Part shown: positions 28,577 to 37,624 of the stretch, in pieces
Layout: the number at the start of each line of letters is the position of its first letter
How positions within the stretch are numbered: the stretch's first letter is position 1
Source of the DNA: Candidatus Nomurabacteria bacterium
GTDB taxonomy: Bacteria; Patescibacteriota; Minisyncoccia; Phycocordibacterales; UBA918
DNA: 64,000 nucleotides
Direction of reading: 5' to 3'
Assembly (NCBI GenBank): GCA_020632135.1
Contig: JACKGC010000001.1
Coordinates: 446,134 to 510,133 of the forward strand
Notes under the pieces: model-generated
The model's database searches: none
Told to the model about the DNA's origin: nothing
The model's input: only the letters and a program-made list of their open reading frames with translations
Position numbers and translations under genes: made by a program

Positions 28577-28616
28577 AAACACCGGCGGGCCCCTTTGGGG
28601 CCCGCCGGTGTTTTAA
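28577..28616. terminator. bidirectional terminator
   Basis: aaaa-caccggcgggcccc-ttt-ggggcccgccggtg-tttt. Confidence 0.8.
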
Positions 28617-28708
28617 TTGCTCTAGGAAGTCAGTATCAACGGTAATGAGCTTGGGCTGGGAGATTACCCGGCAGCTTCTTCAGTGCCTTCCTGGAACCCA
28701 AGATTCAG

Positions 28709-29791
28709 TTATTTCTTAGCCTCCTCTTTGAGGGCTGCTCTAATGTGCTTAAGTATTTCGTTCTTCAGCTTCTTGTCTTCTTTTAGTGTTGTACGTGCAG
28801 CATCGTAGCCACGACCAAGCTTCACTATCGCGGACTCATCACCGCCTGGTGGAGTATAGCTGTATGATGCACCGCTCTTTTGGACCATCTTGTACTTTTC
28901 ACCGAGGGCGAGGAGCTCGCCTTCGCTGGAAATACCTTCACCGTAGATGAGGTCAAACTCAGTCGTTCGGAATGGGGAAGCGACCTTATTTTTGACCACT
29001 TTTACGCGGTGGCGGCCACCCACCACCTCATCGCCCTTTTTGATCTGGGCGATGCGACGAATATCGAGTCGCACCGAGGTATAAAACTTCAGTGCCTTAC
29101 CACCTGGAGTGGTCTCAGGATTGCCAAACATTACCCCTACTTGCATGCGAATTTGGTTGATAAAGATCACCACGGTCTTGCTCTTGGCAACGATGCCGGT
29201 GAGCTTGCGGAGCGCTTGGCTCATGAGACGAGCTTGCTTACCAACGTGGTGTGCTCCCATTTCACCTTCGATCTCATCGCGGGGGGTAAGGGCAGCGACC
29301 GAGTCGATCACGATCACATCAAGCTTGCCCGAGCGCACCAGCGACTCTACGATCTCAAGCGCTTGTTCGCCGTTATCTGGCTGGGAAATGAGAAGCTCGT
29401 CAAGCTTTACACCGAGTGCGGCTGCGTACTCAGGGTCCATGGCATGCTCGGCGTCGATAAAGGCACAGATACCACCCATCTTTTGTGCTTCAGCCACGGC
29501 GTGCAGGGAAAGGGTGGTTTTACCTGAAGATTCTGGGCCGAAGATCTCAATGATGCGACCGCGCGGGTAACCACCAATACCAAGAGCGTCATCGAGGCCG
29601 ATCGAGCCAGACGGGATTGCCTCCACATCGACATGTTTTGTTTCGGCTAAGGTCATGATGGCTTCATCGCCGAACTTGGTCTTGATGCTGCGCAAGGTCT
29701 CCAGTATCTCATTTGGGCCTTTCGAGTCCGCGCCATCGGTATCTTTCTTGTCTACCACCTTCTTGGTGGTCTTTTTTGCTTTTTCAGCCAT
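28709..29791 (-). CDS. recA: recombinase RecA
   Basis: Walker A '[10 protein letters not shown]', 'IVIDSVAAL' and '[22 protein letters not shown]'. 360 aa. Confidence 0.97.
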   Translation of the reverse strand: MAEKAKKTTKKVVDKKDTDGADSKGPNEILETLRSIKTKFGDEAIMTLAETKHVDVEAIPSGSIGLDDALGIGGYPRGRIIEIFGPESSGKTTLSLHAVAEAQKMGGICAFIDAEHAMDPEYAAALGVKLDELLISQPDNGEQALEIVESLVRSGKLDVIVIDSVAALTPRDEIEGEMGAHHVGKQARLMSQALRKLTGIVAKSKTVVIFINQIRMQVGVMFGNPETTPGGKALKFYTSVRLDIRRIAQIKKGDEVVGGRHRVKVVKNKVASPFRTTEFDLIYGEGISSEGELLALGEKYKMVQKSGASYSYTPPGGDESAIVKLGRGYDAARTTLKEDKKLKNEILKHIRAALKEEAKK

Positions 29792-29815
29792 GGTGAAATG
29801 TTACAATTCAATATT

Positions 29816-30181
29816 TTAATAAAAGTTCATCGGGGCGTAGACGAATGGCTTGGTCACCGTGGTGATACGGCCATAGCGGTCTTCAGCCCGGAGGGTGGCT
29901 ATAGTATAGCCGTTTTCTAAGATCAGTGCCTCCTTGAAATTTCCCTCAGCGTCAGTATAGATCGGTCGGTCATTGAGCCAAAGGCGAGAGATGTTGTATG
30001 CCGCGCCGACGAGGAAGACTTGTCGTTCATTGTGGAGTGCGCCGAGCCCTTCGGTAAGAACTATCTGTGGCCCAATGATGAGGTAGCGAGCCTGAAAGAG
30101 TACGTAGAGCACCACGCTCATGAGCCCAATTCCGAGAAGGGTAAACTTGACCGCGGTGCGAAAGGGTAGCGCTGTATCCAT
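29816..30181 (-). CDS. small membrane-anchored hypothetical protein, translationally coupled to ftsK
   Basis: Its ATG begins 2 nt after the ftsK stop. It has one TM helix. The ORF track extends the frame to 30274, which would overlap ftsK. Confidence 0.45.
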   Translation of the reverse strand: MDTALPFRTAVKFTLLGIGLMSVVLYVLFQARYLIIGPQIVLTEGLGALHNERQVFLVGAAYNISRLWLNDRPIYTDAEGNFKEALILENGYTIATLRAEDRYGRITTVTKPFVYAPMNFY

Positions 30182-30182
30182 A

Positions 30183-32390
30183 TTAATAGCGCTGTTCGTC
30201 TTCGCCAGCTGCTTCCTCGTTATCATCCGAGCTAGGGCCTGCTTGAGAGAGGATCTCGCGTGGCTTGGAGCCATCGGCTGGTCCGATGACGCCGTTTTCC
30301 TCCAGAAGGTCCATCAGCCGCGCCGCGCGTGAGTAGCCTACCCGTAATTTACGCTGTAGGTATGAGGTCGAAGCTTTACCTGCCTCAATGACCGCAATCC
30401 GTGCATCTTCGTAGAGGTCGTCATCGGCATCGTCACCGCCACCGACCATAGCGTTAAAGACAGAGTCGTTGCTCCCGGCTTGCTCATCAAAATTGATGGT
30501 ATCAAGCTCGTGCGCGTCTTGCTTTTTGAGGTAGTCGACTACCTGCTTGATCTCTTCCTCAGACACATACGCTGACTGCAAGCGGACCGGCTTCGGGCTA
30601 TCTGAAGAAAGGTACAGCATGTCGCCGGCACCAAGGAGTTTTTCTGCGCCGACGGTGTCAATAATGGTGCGAGAGTCCACTTGCGATGCCACCATGAGTG
30701 CGACACGGGTTGGTACGTTGGCTTTAATAGTACCCGTGATAACGTTCACTGATGGACGCTGGGTTGCCAGGAGAAGGTGAATACCGACGGCGCGGCTCAT
30801 CTGCGCGAGGCGCACAATACACGCTTCAAGCTCGCGTGGGTAGGCTTGCATGAGGTCATTGAGCTCATCGAGGATGATCACAATGTACGGCAGTGCTTCA
30901 GGAAGATTGACCCGGTCCTCATCACTACTGCCATTATCCTCCCATTCCTGCTTAGCAGGTTGGTACACATTCTTGTGGTATGAGGTGAGATTCTGCACTT
31001 GCTCGGCTTCGAGGATGTCATAGCGTCGCTCCATTTCCTTTACTGCCCAGGACAGTGCCTGGATAGCCTTCTTGGCCTGCGTGATCACCGGAGTGAGGAG
31101 GTGAGGGATCTTATTGTAGAGGGTGAGCTCTACACGCTTCGGGTCAACGAGGATGAAGCGGAGCTGGTCGGGGGAGTTGCGGTAGAGGAGAGAGATGATC
31201 ATGTTGTGGATGGAGACTGACTTACCCGCACCGGTAGTACCCGCAATCAGGCCGTGTGGCATGCGTGCAACATTCGCGAAGTGCACATTTCCGGTCACGT
31301 CTTTGCCAAGTGCCACCATGAGTGGGTGTGGGGAGTCGGTGTATTCAGGGGTAGAAAGCATCGACTGCAGGCCGACCGTTGCGCGGGTCTCATTTGGCAC
31401 CTCAATACCCACCAGTGATTTACCGGGGATTGGTGCTTCGATACGGATCGAGCTTGCCTTCAATGCCAGCTGTAGTTCTTGCTGTAGGCCAGCAATCTTG
31501 GAGATACGGACACCTTGAGCCGGCTTCAGGGCATAGCGGGTGATCGTCGGGCCGCTCTCAACCGCATCCATCTCAACGCTGATGCCGAATTCACGCAAGG
31601 TACGTTTAATGGTATTGGCGTTAGCCTTCACGTCACCGATCTGGGCCTTACCTTTTTCCTTCCTAAGCAGCGAGAGGGACGGTGGGACGTACGTGCCACT
31701 GAAGTTCTTAATGACGATCTCGTTTTGCTTTAGTTTGCCGAGCTGAGACACTTTCTGTGAAACAGCTGCGGCGAGTCCACTAACTCTTTCTTCTGCGTCA
31801 TCCGTCTCCTCGTCTGCTTCTTCCTCCTCAGGCTCGTTATCAAAATCATCGAGCGCTTCGATGTCACTGTTGTCCATCTCATCAAGTTTATCAGCAGACT
31901 TTTTCTTAAATGGCAGGCGAAGTCCGGTATTGAAGAGGAGGAAGAGGGAAATAAGCACTAAACCAAAGATGAGTACGCCCGCGATCTTGGCTTCAAATAA
32001 ATACGCCAACGGTGACTCCAGGAGCCATCCGACCCAGCCACCACGACCAGTTTCAGAGAGTTCAAGTCCAGCCAGGAGCGAGATGAACAACAGGAGGGTC
32101 CCTGTGATCTTTGCACCACTAACGTGCTGGTCTTCCTCGCGGGGGTTGAGAAGTACATATATGTATGTCGCGCACGCCAGTGGTGCAAGCCAGGCGCCGG
32201 CACCAAAGAGTTTGGTAAGGGCTAGGCTGGTCCACTCGCCAGCAGGACCAGCGTAGTCAAGAAGGGAGAAAAGGAAAAAGATCGCCATGATGCCCATGAA
32301 CACAGCACCAATTGCTTGTTTAGCGTGTGGTGAGAGATCTTCAAAAAGTGGTTTTCTGGGTTCTTTCAGTTTGCGTTTCTTGCGTGCCAT
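30183..32390 (-). CDS. ftsK: DNA translocase FtsK/SpoIIIE
   Basis: N-terminal TM helices, Walker A 'GTTGAGKSV', 'LLATQRPSVNVITG' and a C-terminal gamma domain. Confidence 0.9.
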   Translation of the reverse strand: MARKKRKLKEPRKPLFEDLSPHAKQAIGAVFMGIMAIFFLFSLLDYAGPAGEWTSLALTKLFGAGAWLAPLACATYIYVLLNPREEDQHVSGAKITGTLLLFISLLAGLELSETGRGGWVGWLLESPLAYLFEAKIAGVLIFGLVLISLFLLFNTGLRLPFKKKSADKLDEMDNSDIEALDDFDNEPEEEEADEETDDAEERVSGLAAAVSQKVSQLGKLKQNEIVIKNFSGTYVPPSLSLLRKEKGKAQIGDVKANANTIKRTLREFGISVEMDAVESGPTITRYALKPAQGVRISKIAGLQQELQLALKASSIRIEAPIPGKSLVGIEVPNETRATVGLQSMLSTPEYTDSPHPLMVALGKDVTGNVHFANVARMPHGLIAGTTGAGKSVSIHNMIISLLYRNSPDQLRFILVDPKRVELTLYNKIPHLLTPVITQAKKAIQALSWAVKEMERRYDILEAEQVQNLTSYHKNVYQPAKQEWEDNGSSDEDRVNLPEALPYIVIILDELNDLMQAYPRELEACIVRLAQMSRAVGIHLLLATQRPSVNVITGTIKANVPTRVALMVASQVDSRTIIDTVGAEKLLGAGDMLYLSSDSPKPVRLQSAYVSEEEIKQVVDYLKKQDAHELDTINFDEQAGSNDSVFNAMVGGGDDADDDLYEDARIAVIEAGKASTSYLQRKLRVGYSRAARLMDLLEENGVIGPADGSKPREILSQAGPSSDDNEEAAGEDEQRY

Positions 32391-32582
32391 AGGGTTAATT
32401 CATACGTACAAAATCCCGATATCGGTCCACTACATGATAGCACGCAGTAGCCGTGTCGGGACCACGCTGTACCGTACAAAAGCCATAAAGACAATCTTGC
32501 AAACGGCCGCGAATGTCTTTATAGTGAAGTAACATACAAACGCAGAGATGGTCCTATATTGCCGGTAAAGAACACACACTCC

Positions 32583-33323
32583 ATGCAGTCAGAAAAAGAC
32601 AACACAATTAGAATTAAAAGACTCTCTAGTGATACTAATTTTTATAATAATGTCTTTAAAAAGACAGAGAAAATAGTGTCTGTTATATTCTACATTTTGT
32701 CTGAGACAAAACATTCAGAATCTACAGAGACGCACATTCAGTCTATTAAAGACAGGTCATTAAAGACGCACGAGTACGCCTTAGAGACACTCACGTTACA
32801 ATCGCATGAGCAGCATGAGGGTCTCTTACAATTCCAGTATGCACTGGTGGCACTGGAGAGTACACTTCGGATTGCACACATGGCTCGGGTGATACCGCAA
32901 GACATCTTTGTGGTACTGACCGATCAGCTTGATGCGGTCCTGCGATATATCAACAACCACTATCTTAAGAACGACGGTATCTCTATCGAAGAGCTCACTG
33001 AGGTGGTGGTGCCGAAGTCCACTCCAAGACCTACTGCGAAAGCGAGTACGAACCCGACTGCGTCGCGGCAGCGTCGGGTCACTATTCCGGCTGGAGACAT
33101 CAGTACTGATGCCTACCTGGTGTACAGCCAACTGACCGATAGGGCAGACCGCATAAAGACAGTCCTTGAAGCAAAACCTCAAGCAACAGTGAAGGACATT
33201 TCAGAGGTAATAACGGACGTTAGTGAAAAGACGATCCAGCGTGAGCTCAATAGTCTTATAGAAAGAGGGGAAGTTGTAAGAGAAGGCGAAAGACGGTGGT
33301 CTCGTTACTCTGTCTCTAAGTAA
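32583..33323 (+). CDS. hypothetical protein with a C-terminal winged-HTH, encoded in an AT-rich island
   Basis: 'VKDISEVITDVSEKTIQRELNSLIERGEVVREGERRWSRY' looks like a wHTH. GC content is markedly lower than the flanks. Confidence 0.45.
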   Translation: MQSEKDNTIRIKRLSSDTNFYNNVFKKTEKIVSVIFYILSETKHSESTETHIQSIKDRSLKTHEYALETLTLQSHEQHEGLLQFQYALVALESTLRIAHMARVIPQDIFVVLTDQLDAVLRYINNHYLKNDGISIEELTEVVVPKSTPRPTAKASTNPTASRQRRVTIPAGDISTDAYLVYSQLTDRADRIKTVLEAKPQATVKDISEVITDVSEKTIQRELNSLIERGEVVREGERRWSRYSVSK

Positions 33324-33990
33324 TGTCTGATAACTATAAAGTACTTGACGTATAGAGGTAATAAGAGTAACAATACTCACAGAGACAAATGCTGTCTGTA
33401 ATAAAAGACAGCACCATTGGCCGCAGGTTCTGTGGCCTTCATTGTTTCTCAGAGACGACCAGTAGTTTGTTGTCAGGTCAGTGCTCGACATCACACAGAC
33501 ATGTTTGCAAATGTTGGAAATTTGTTATGTAGTTTTCTGTTGAGTAAGAAGCTGACACTCGCATCGTCATCTAGAGCAGACACACAAAGAAGAGTATTTA
33601 TTTGGGTTTGTTATTGAGAAAATTGCAGGAGGAATAGTACGTAGGGCTACCTATATAGCACCATGTATCCACAACCTGTGAACTCCCGGTCACCCAAAAT
33701 AATGTTACTATCTTTGTACGCCCTGGTGCGTTTTTTTTCTAAGGTACAGTTCTGTGTCTCGCGGTAGATCGCGACCAACACCTGTCCTTAAGGGAACGTA
33801 CTGGAGATGAGCGTTGTACGTTGACAACTTCATATTGCAAAGCTGACTCAACCCGCCGCAGCGGTGGCCAGATGCCACCGCTGAGGTACGATTACCGCTT
33901 GACCTTTTCCCGTCACTCACCGCCCCACAGACACACAGTCCGAATTCGCAGCTGAGCCACTCCCATTTGGGAAGTGGTTTGGTGATATTA

Positions 33991-34042
33991 GGTAAGCGGT
34001 GTGATAAACCGCTTACTAATATGAATTAATTCATATTATTAG
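33991..34042. promoter_or_regulatory. pair of palindromic operator-like sites upstream of the secreted acidic protein gene
   Basis: taagcggt-gtgataa-accgctta is followed by the perfect 22-nt palindrome taatatgaattaattcatatta. The pair lies about 70-120 nt upstream of the ATG at 34113. Confidence 0.4.
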
Positions 34043-34112
34043 TTCTTATCAAACGTAAAGCCTACAACGTAGGCGCGCGTGGTAATCACGCAAATTACTG
34101 ATAGTTATAGTT

Positions 34113-36149
34113 ATGACAATTGCAAAAGATTTTGCTGCTAAGCTCGCTGTAGCTTTTGTAGCAGTTGCTATGGTCTTCTCTTCGTTCGCTGCTTCTGCAA
34201 GCGCACAGTCAACTGAAGACCTCCAGCAGATGATCAATGACCTGCTTGCACAGGTTGCAGCTCTCCAGTCACAGACTGGCCAGGGCGCAACTGGTGTTGC
34301 TTCAGGTGTATGTCCATACACATGGACACGTGACCTCTCATCAGGTTCAACTGGTGGTGATGTTATGAAGCTCCAGCAGTTCCTCAACGCTGATCCAGAC
34401 ACTCGTGTGGCTGCATCAGGCGCAGGTTCAGTTGGTGCAGAAACTGAGTACTACGGTCCAGCGACCGCAGCAGCAGTTTCAAAGTTCCAGGTAAAGTATC
34501 GCTCAGAGATCCTTTCACCTGCAAACCTTGTTAACCCAACCGGTTACTTCGGTCCTTCATCACGTGTGAAGGCTAACGGCCTCTGTGTTGCTGCTCCAGT
34601 TGTGGACGACAGCTCAGATGACATGATGGATGACGAGGATGACATGATGGATGACGAGGATGACGATGTGTCACTCGGAGGTGAAGCTTCACTCGATACG
34701 TTCGAGATCGACGACCCTTCAGATGATACCGTTCAGGAGGGAAGCGAGGATGTTGAGATCGGTACCTTTACTGTAGAGTTCAAGGATGGTGATGCTGAAA
34801 TTTCACGCATCGACATCGCGCTGCAGGGAGGTGACGACGAGACTGATCCTTGGGACACTTTCGAGTCTGTCTCACTCTGGGTAGATGGTGACAAGATCGC
34901 TGAAGAAGATGCTGACAGCCGTGGTGATTACCTCGACGATGACGACGGTTCACTCCGTTTCTCAGGTCTTGATCTGATCGCGATGGAAGAAGAGGAAGTA
35001 GAGATCGTTGTAGCAGCTAGCCTGCAGTCAGGTATGGACGACAGCTCTGACGGTGAGGACTGGATGCTCTACGCTCTTACCATGCGTTACTTCGACGCTG
35101 ATGGTGTAGCATCTACCGATGGTGGTACTGGTGACCTTGACGATGAGATCTCAGGTCCAACTTCAGACTTCACTATCGAAGAAGCTGGTGCTGACGATGA
35201 GCTTATCGCTAAGACTTCATCAAATGACCCAGATGCTGCTACCCTTCAGGTAGAAGATGACAGCAAGTCAGATTGGTACACTGTGTTCGTGTTTGACCTC
35301 GACACTGATGATTCAACCAACGACATCACCATCAACGAGATCAAGGTTAACGCTTCAACTACGCTTGCTGCTTACAGCACGCTCGTAGATGACGCTGAGC
35401 TTGTGATCGATGGTGTTACCATCGACAGCGTAACGGTTACTAACGGAACTAGCCTTGCTATTCCAGCAGTCCTTACCTTCGATGTTGACGGCGACGTAAC
35501 CATCGAAGCTGGTGACCGTGTAGAGGCAGAACTTATGCTCCGCTTCAAGTCACTTTCAAACGAGGGCGCTACTGTTAAGGGTTCAATCTCATCACTCACC
35601 ACCTCTATCGTAGATGCTGAGGGTGCTGATGACCTTGGTAACGGCCAGCTTTCAGGTTCTGCTACCGGTGAAACTCACACCTTGCGTACCGCAGGTGCTG
35701 ATGTATCTCCAGTATCAACAGACGCTGACGTAACTGTTAACGACAGTGCACTTAATGACTACGCAACCTTCGAGATCGAGTTTGAAGTAACTGCATTCGA
35801 GCAGGATGTATACATCGCTATCGACACTGCAACTTCAGTACAGTACGCTCTTGAGAACTCAGCTGGTGTTGATTACACCGTACCTGCTGCAAGTTCAACC
35901 GCAGTACTTACCTCAACCGCTGACGAAGGTGGTGCAGATGATGCATTCTACGAAGTGACTGAGGGCTCAACTGAGACCTTCACACTGACCGTTACCTACA
36001 CTCCAGTTGTAGCGAACCGTTCAGTACGTCTTGCAATCGACTCTATTACCTTCGACCCAACCGGTACCTACGCTACTGGTAACGACCAGGTCCAGGTAAC
36101 TGAGCCAGCTTCTGACTACCGTACTTCTGTAGTAACCATCGTTAACTAG
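34113..36149 (+). CDS. secreted acidic protein with an N-terminal peptidoglycan-binding-like domain (S-layer / major surface protein candidate)
   Basis: Signal peptide 'AFVAVAMVFSSFAASASA'. A PG_binding_1-like segment 'GDVMKLQQFLNADPDTRVAASGAGSVGAETEYYGPATAAAVSKFQ'. An extremely acidic beta-rich remainder. Codon use (tca/ggt/gct/gac/ctt) differs strongly from the neighbours, as in highly expressed genes. Confidence 0.8.
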   Translation: MTIAKDFAAKLAVAFVAVAMVFSSFAASASAQSTEDLQQMINDLLAQVAALQSQTGQGATGVASGVCPYTWTRDLSSGSTGGDVMKLQQFLNADPDTRVAASGAGSVGAETEYYGPATAAAVSKFQVKYRSEILSPANLVNPTGYFGPSSRVKANGLCVAAPVVDDSSDDMMDDEDDMMDDEDDDVSLGGEASLDTFEIDDPSDDTVQEGSEDVEIGTFTVEFKDGDAEISRIDIALQGGDDETDPWDTFESVSLWVDGDKIAEEDADSRGDYLDDDDGSLRFSGLDLIAMEEEEVEIVVAASLQSGMDDSSDGEDWMLYALTMRYFDADGVASTDGGTGDLDDEISGPTSDFTIEEAGADDELIAKTSSNDPDAATLQVEDDSKSDWYTVFVFDLDTDDSTNDITINEIKVNASTTLAAYSTLVDDAELVIDGVTIDSVTVTNGTSLAIPAVLTFDVDGDVTIEAGDRVEAELMLRFKSLSNEGATVKGSISSLTTSIVDAEGADDLGNGQLSGSATGETHTLRTAGADVSPVSTDADVTVNDSALNDYATFEIEFEVTAFEQDVYIAIDTATSVQYALENSAGVDYTVPAASSTAVLTSTADEGGADDAFYEVTEGSTETFTLTVTYTPVVANRSVRLAIDSITFDPTGTYATGNDQVQVTEPASDYRTSVVTIVN

Positions 36150-36193
36150 TTAGCGATTACTACAGCGAGGACATTCGTCTAAGCTAAAGCAAA

Positions 36194-36226
36194 GCAAAAA
36201 AGCCCCGGGGGAGGGGCTTTTTTGCT
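36194..36226 (+). terminator. rho-independent terminator
   Basis: gcaaaaaagcccc-ggggga-ggggcttttttgc. Confidence 0.75.
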
Positions 36227-36244
36227 TTCCCAAACCCCAAAATT

Positions 36245-36334
36245 TTGCGAAGGCCTTTCCTCCGCACTTCCAAATTTGCGAAGGCCTTTCCTCCGCAAGC
36301 ACCCTTCCTGTGTTGCGAAGGCCTTTCCTCCGCA
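36245..36334. repeat. three direct copies of a 22-nt REP-like palindromic unit
   Basis: ttgcgaaggcctttcctccgca occurs at 36245, 36276 and 36313. Each unit folds as a 7-bp hairpin (gcggagg/cctccgc). Confidence 0.85.
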
Positions 36335-36502
36335 ACAGCTTCTATCTAGAGTAAATGACCATGGTCTCTACTCAGACGGAAGTCTAGGTTAGGAAACTAA
36401 GAAAAACCCCGTGCGTATGCGCGGGGTTTTTCGTTGCTGCTACTAAGGACAGGCCTTCATGGGGCCACTAAGCTAGCTCCGAAGGCCCGACCTTTAACAA
36501 AT

Positions 36503-36557
36503 TTGCGGAGGCCTTTCCTCCGCAAAAAAACTTAGTTGCGGAGGAAAGGCCTTCGCA
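36503..36557. repeat. inverted pair of REP units immediately upstream of the RAYT gene
   Basis: ttgcggaggcctttcctccgcaa and ttgcggaggaaaggccttcgcaa. Confidence 0.85.
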
Positions 36558-36574
36558 AAGTGTGATTTTTGAGC

Positions 36575-37264
36575 ATGTTACAATGCGTTCGCATGGGTAA
36601 TCGCTCTATTGAATTTGCGGAACGTGAGTTTTATCACATCTATAATCGGGGAGTAGAAAAGCGCACCATCTACCTTGATGAAAGAGATCATGAGCGTTTC
36701 CTGGAGCTTCTGTATGCAGCAAACACCGTCAAGCCAACCGACCTCCGATCAATTTCACGTGTTCATGAGAGCGTGTATGAGTGGGACAGAGGAGAGTCGT
36801 TAGTTGCCATTGGTGCGTATTGTTTGATGCCAAATCATTTTCACCTATTGCTCACGCCGCTTCGAGAGGGGGGAGTGAGTGCGTTCATGAATAAATTGTG
36901 TACCAGCTACTCCATGTACTTCAATCGACGGTACGAGCGAACAGGTGCGCTTTTTGAGGGTAAGTTCAAGGCGAAGCACGCTGACTCTGACGAGTATTTG
37001 AAATATTTGTTTGCATACATTCATCTTAATCCGGTAAAGCTGCTGCAGTCGGATTGGAAGGAGCGTGGTATTCAGGATGTTGAAAAAGCATACGAATTTG
37101 TGAGTCAGTTTCGCTATTCCAGCTTGAGGGATTTTCAGCACAAGTTTCGACCAGAACAAGCTATTCTTGAGACAACGCCGTTTCCTATGTATTTTGAATC
37201 TGCTGCGGCTGAGAAAGCCGAGCTAGTAGAGTGGTTGAGTTATGCAGATGATGGAGCTAAGTGA
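36575..37264 (+). CDS. REP-associated tyrosine transposase (RAYT, IS200/IS605-like HUH Y1 transposase)
   Basis: The HUH motif 'MPNHFHLLL' and the catalytic Tyr motif 'YIHLNPVK', with REP palindromes on both sides. Confidence 0.85.
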   Translation: MLQCVRMGNRSIEFAEREFYHIYNRGVEKRTIYLDERDHERFLELLYAANTVKPTDLRSISRVHESVYEWDRGESLVAIGAYCLMPNHFHLLLTPLREGGVSAFMNKLCTSYSMYFNRRYERTGALFEGKFKAKHADSDEYLKYLFAYIHLNPVKLLQSDWKERGIQDVEKAYEFVSQFRYSSLRDFQHKFRPEQAILETTPFPMYFESAAAEKAELVEWLSYADDGAK

Positions 37265-37266
37265 GA

Positions 37267-37315
37267 ATTGCGAAGGAAAGGCCTCCGCAAGGTTGCGGAG
37301 GCCTTTCCTTCGCGA
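37267..37315. repeat. inverted pair of REP units immediately downstream of the RAYT gene
   Basis: ttgcgaaggaaaggcctccgcaa and ttgcggaggcctttccttcgcga. Confidence 0.85.
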
Positions 37316-37624
37316 GGATGGTCGCTCGTACCATTTCATGTCTGCTATACTATAGGCATCTATGCAGCCACAAGAGTCAGTCCTATCAAAGGGGAAGTCA
37401 ATCCTGTCACAGAAGCTTGCCAACAAGACCTTCTACCGCTTCTTATTCAGCTTTGTTGCGGTTATTGCCGGGGTGCTTCTCTTTATTTTGATCCTTAGTA
37501 TCAACGAGGGTGGGGGAGTGCGGTAGGTCTTAGGGATACAGGAGGGTTAAGGGCCGGCCCAAGAGCTCCGCTCAGGAGAAGATTGTGGAAATCTTTCGGT
37601 GCGACATGTGCTATTGTTTCCCTC

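Noticed and set aside
33417-33920. Small ORFs (66 aa on the plus strand, 70 aa on the minus strand) in the long upstream region of the surface-protein gene
   Set aside because: No RBS context or motifs, and composition unlike the neighbouring genes. The region is more likely 5' UTR or ncRNA.
36241-37320. Considered whether the short direct repeats near 36245-36334 form a CRISPR array
   Set aside because: The units are 22 nt, palindromic, with irregular 9-15-nt gaps. They occur in both orientations flanking a RAYT gene, which is REP/BIME architecture, not CRISPR. No cas genes are nearby.
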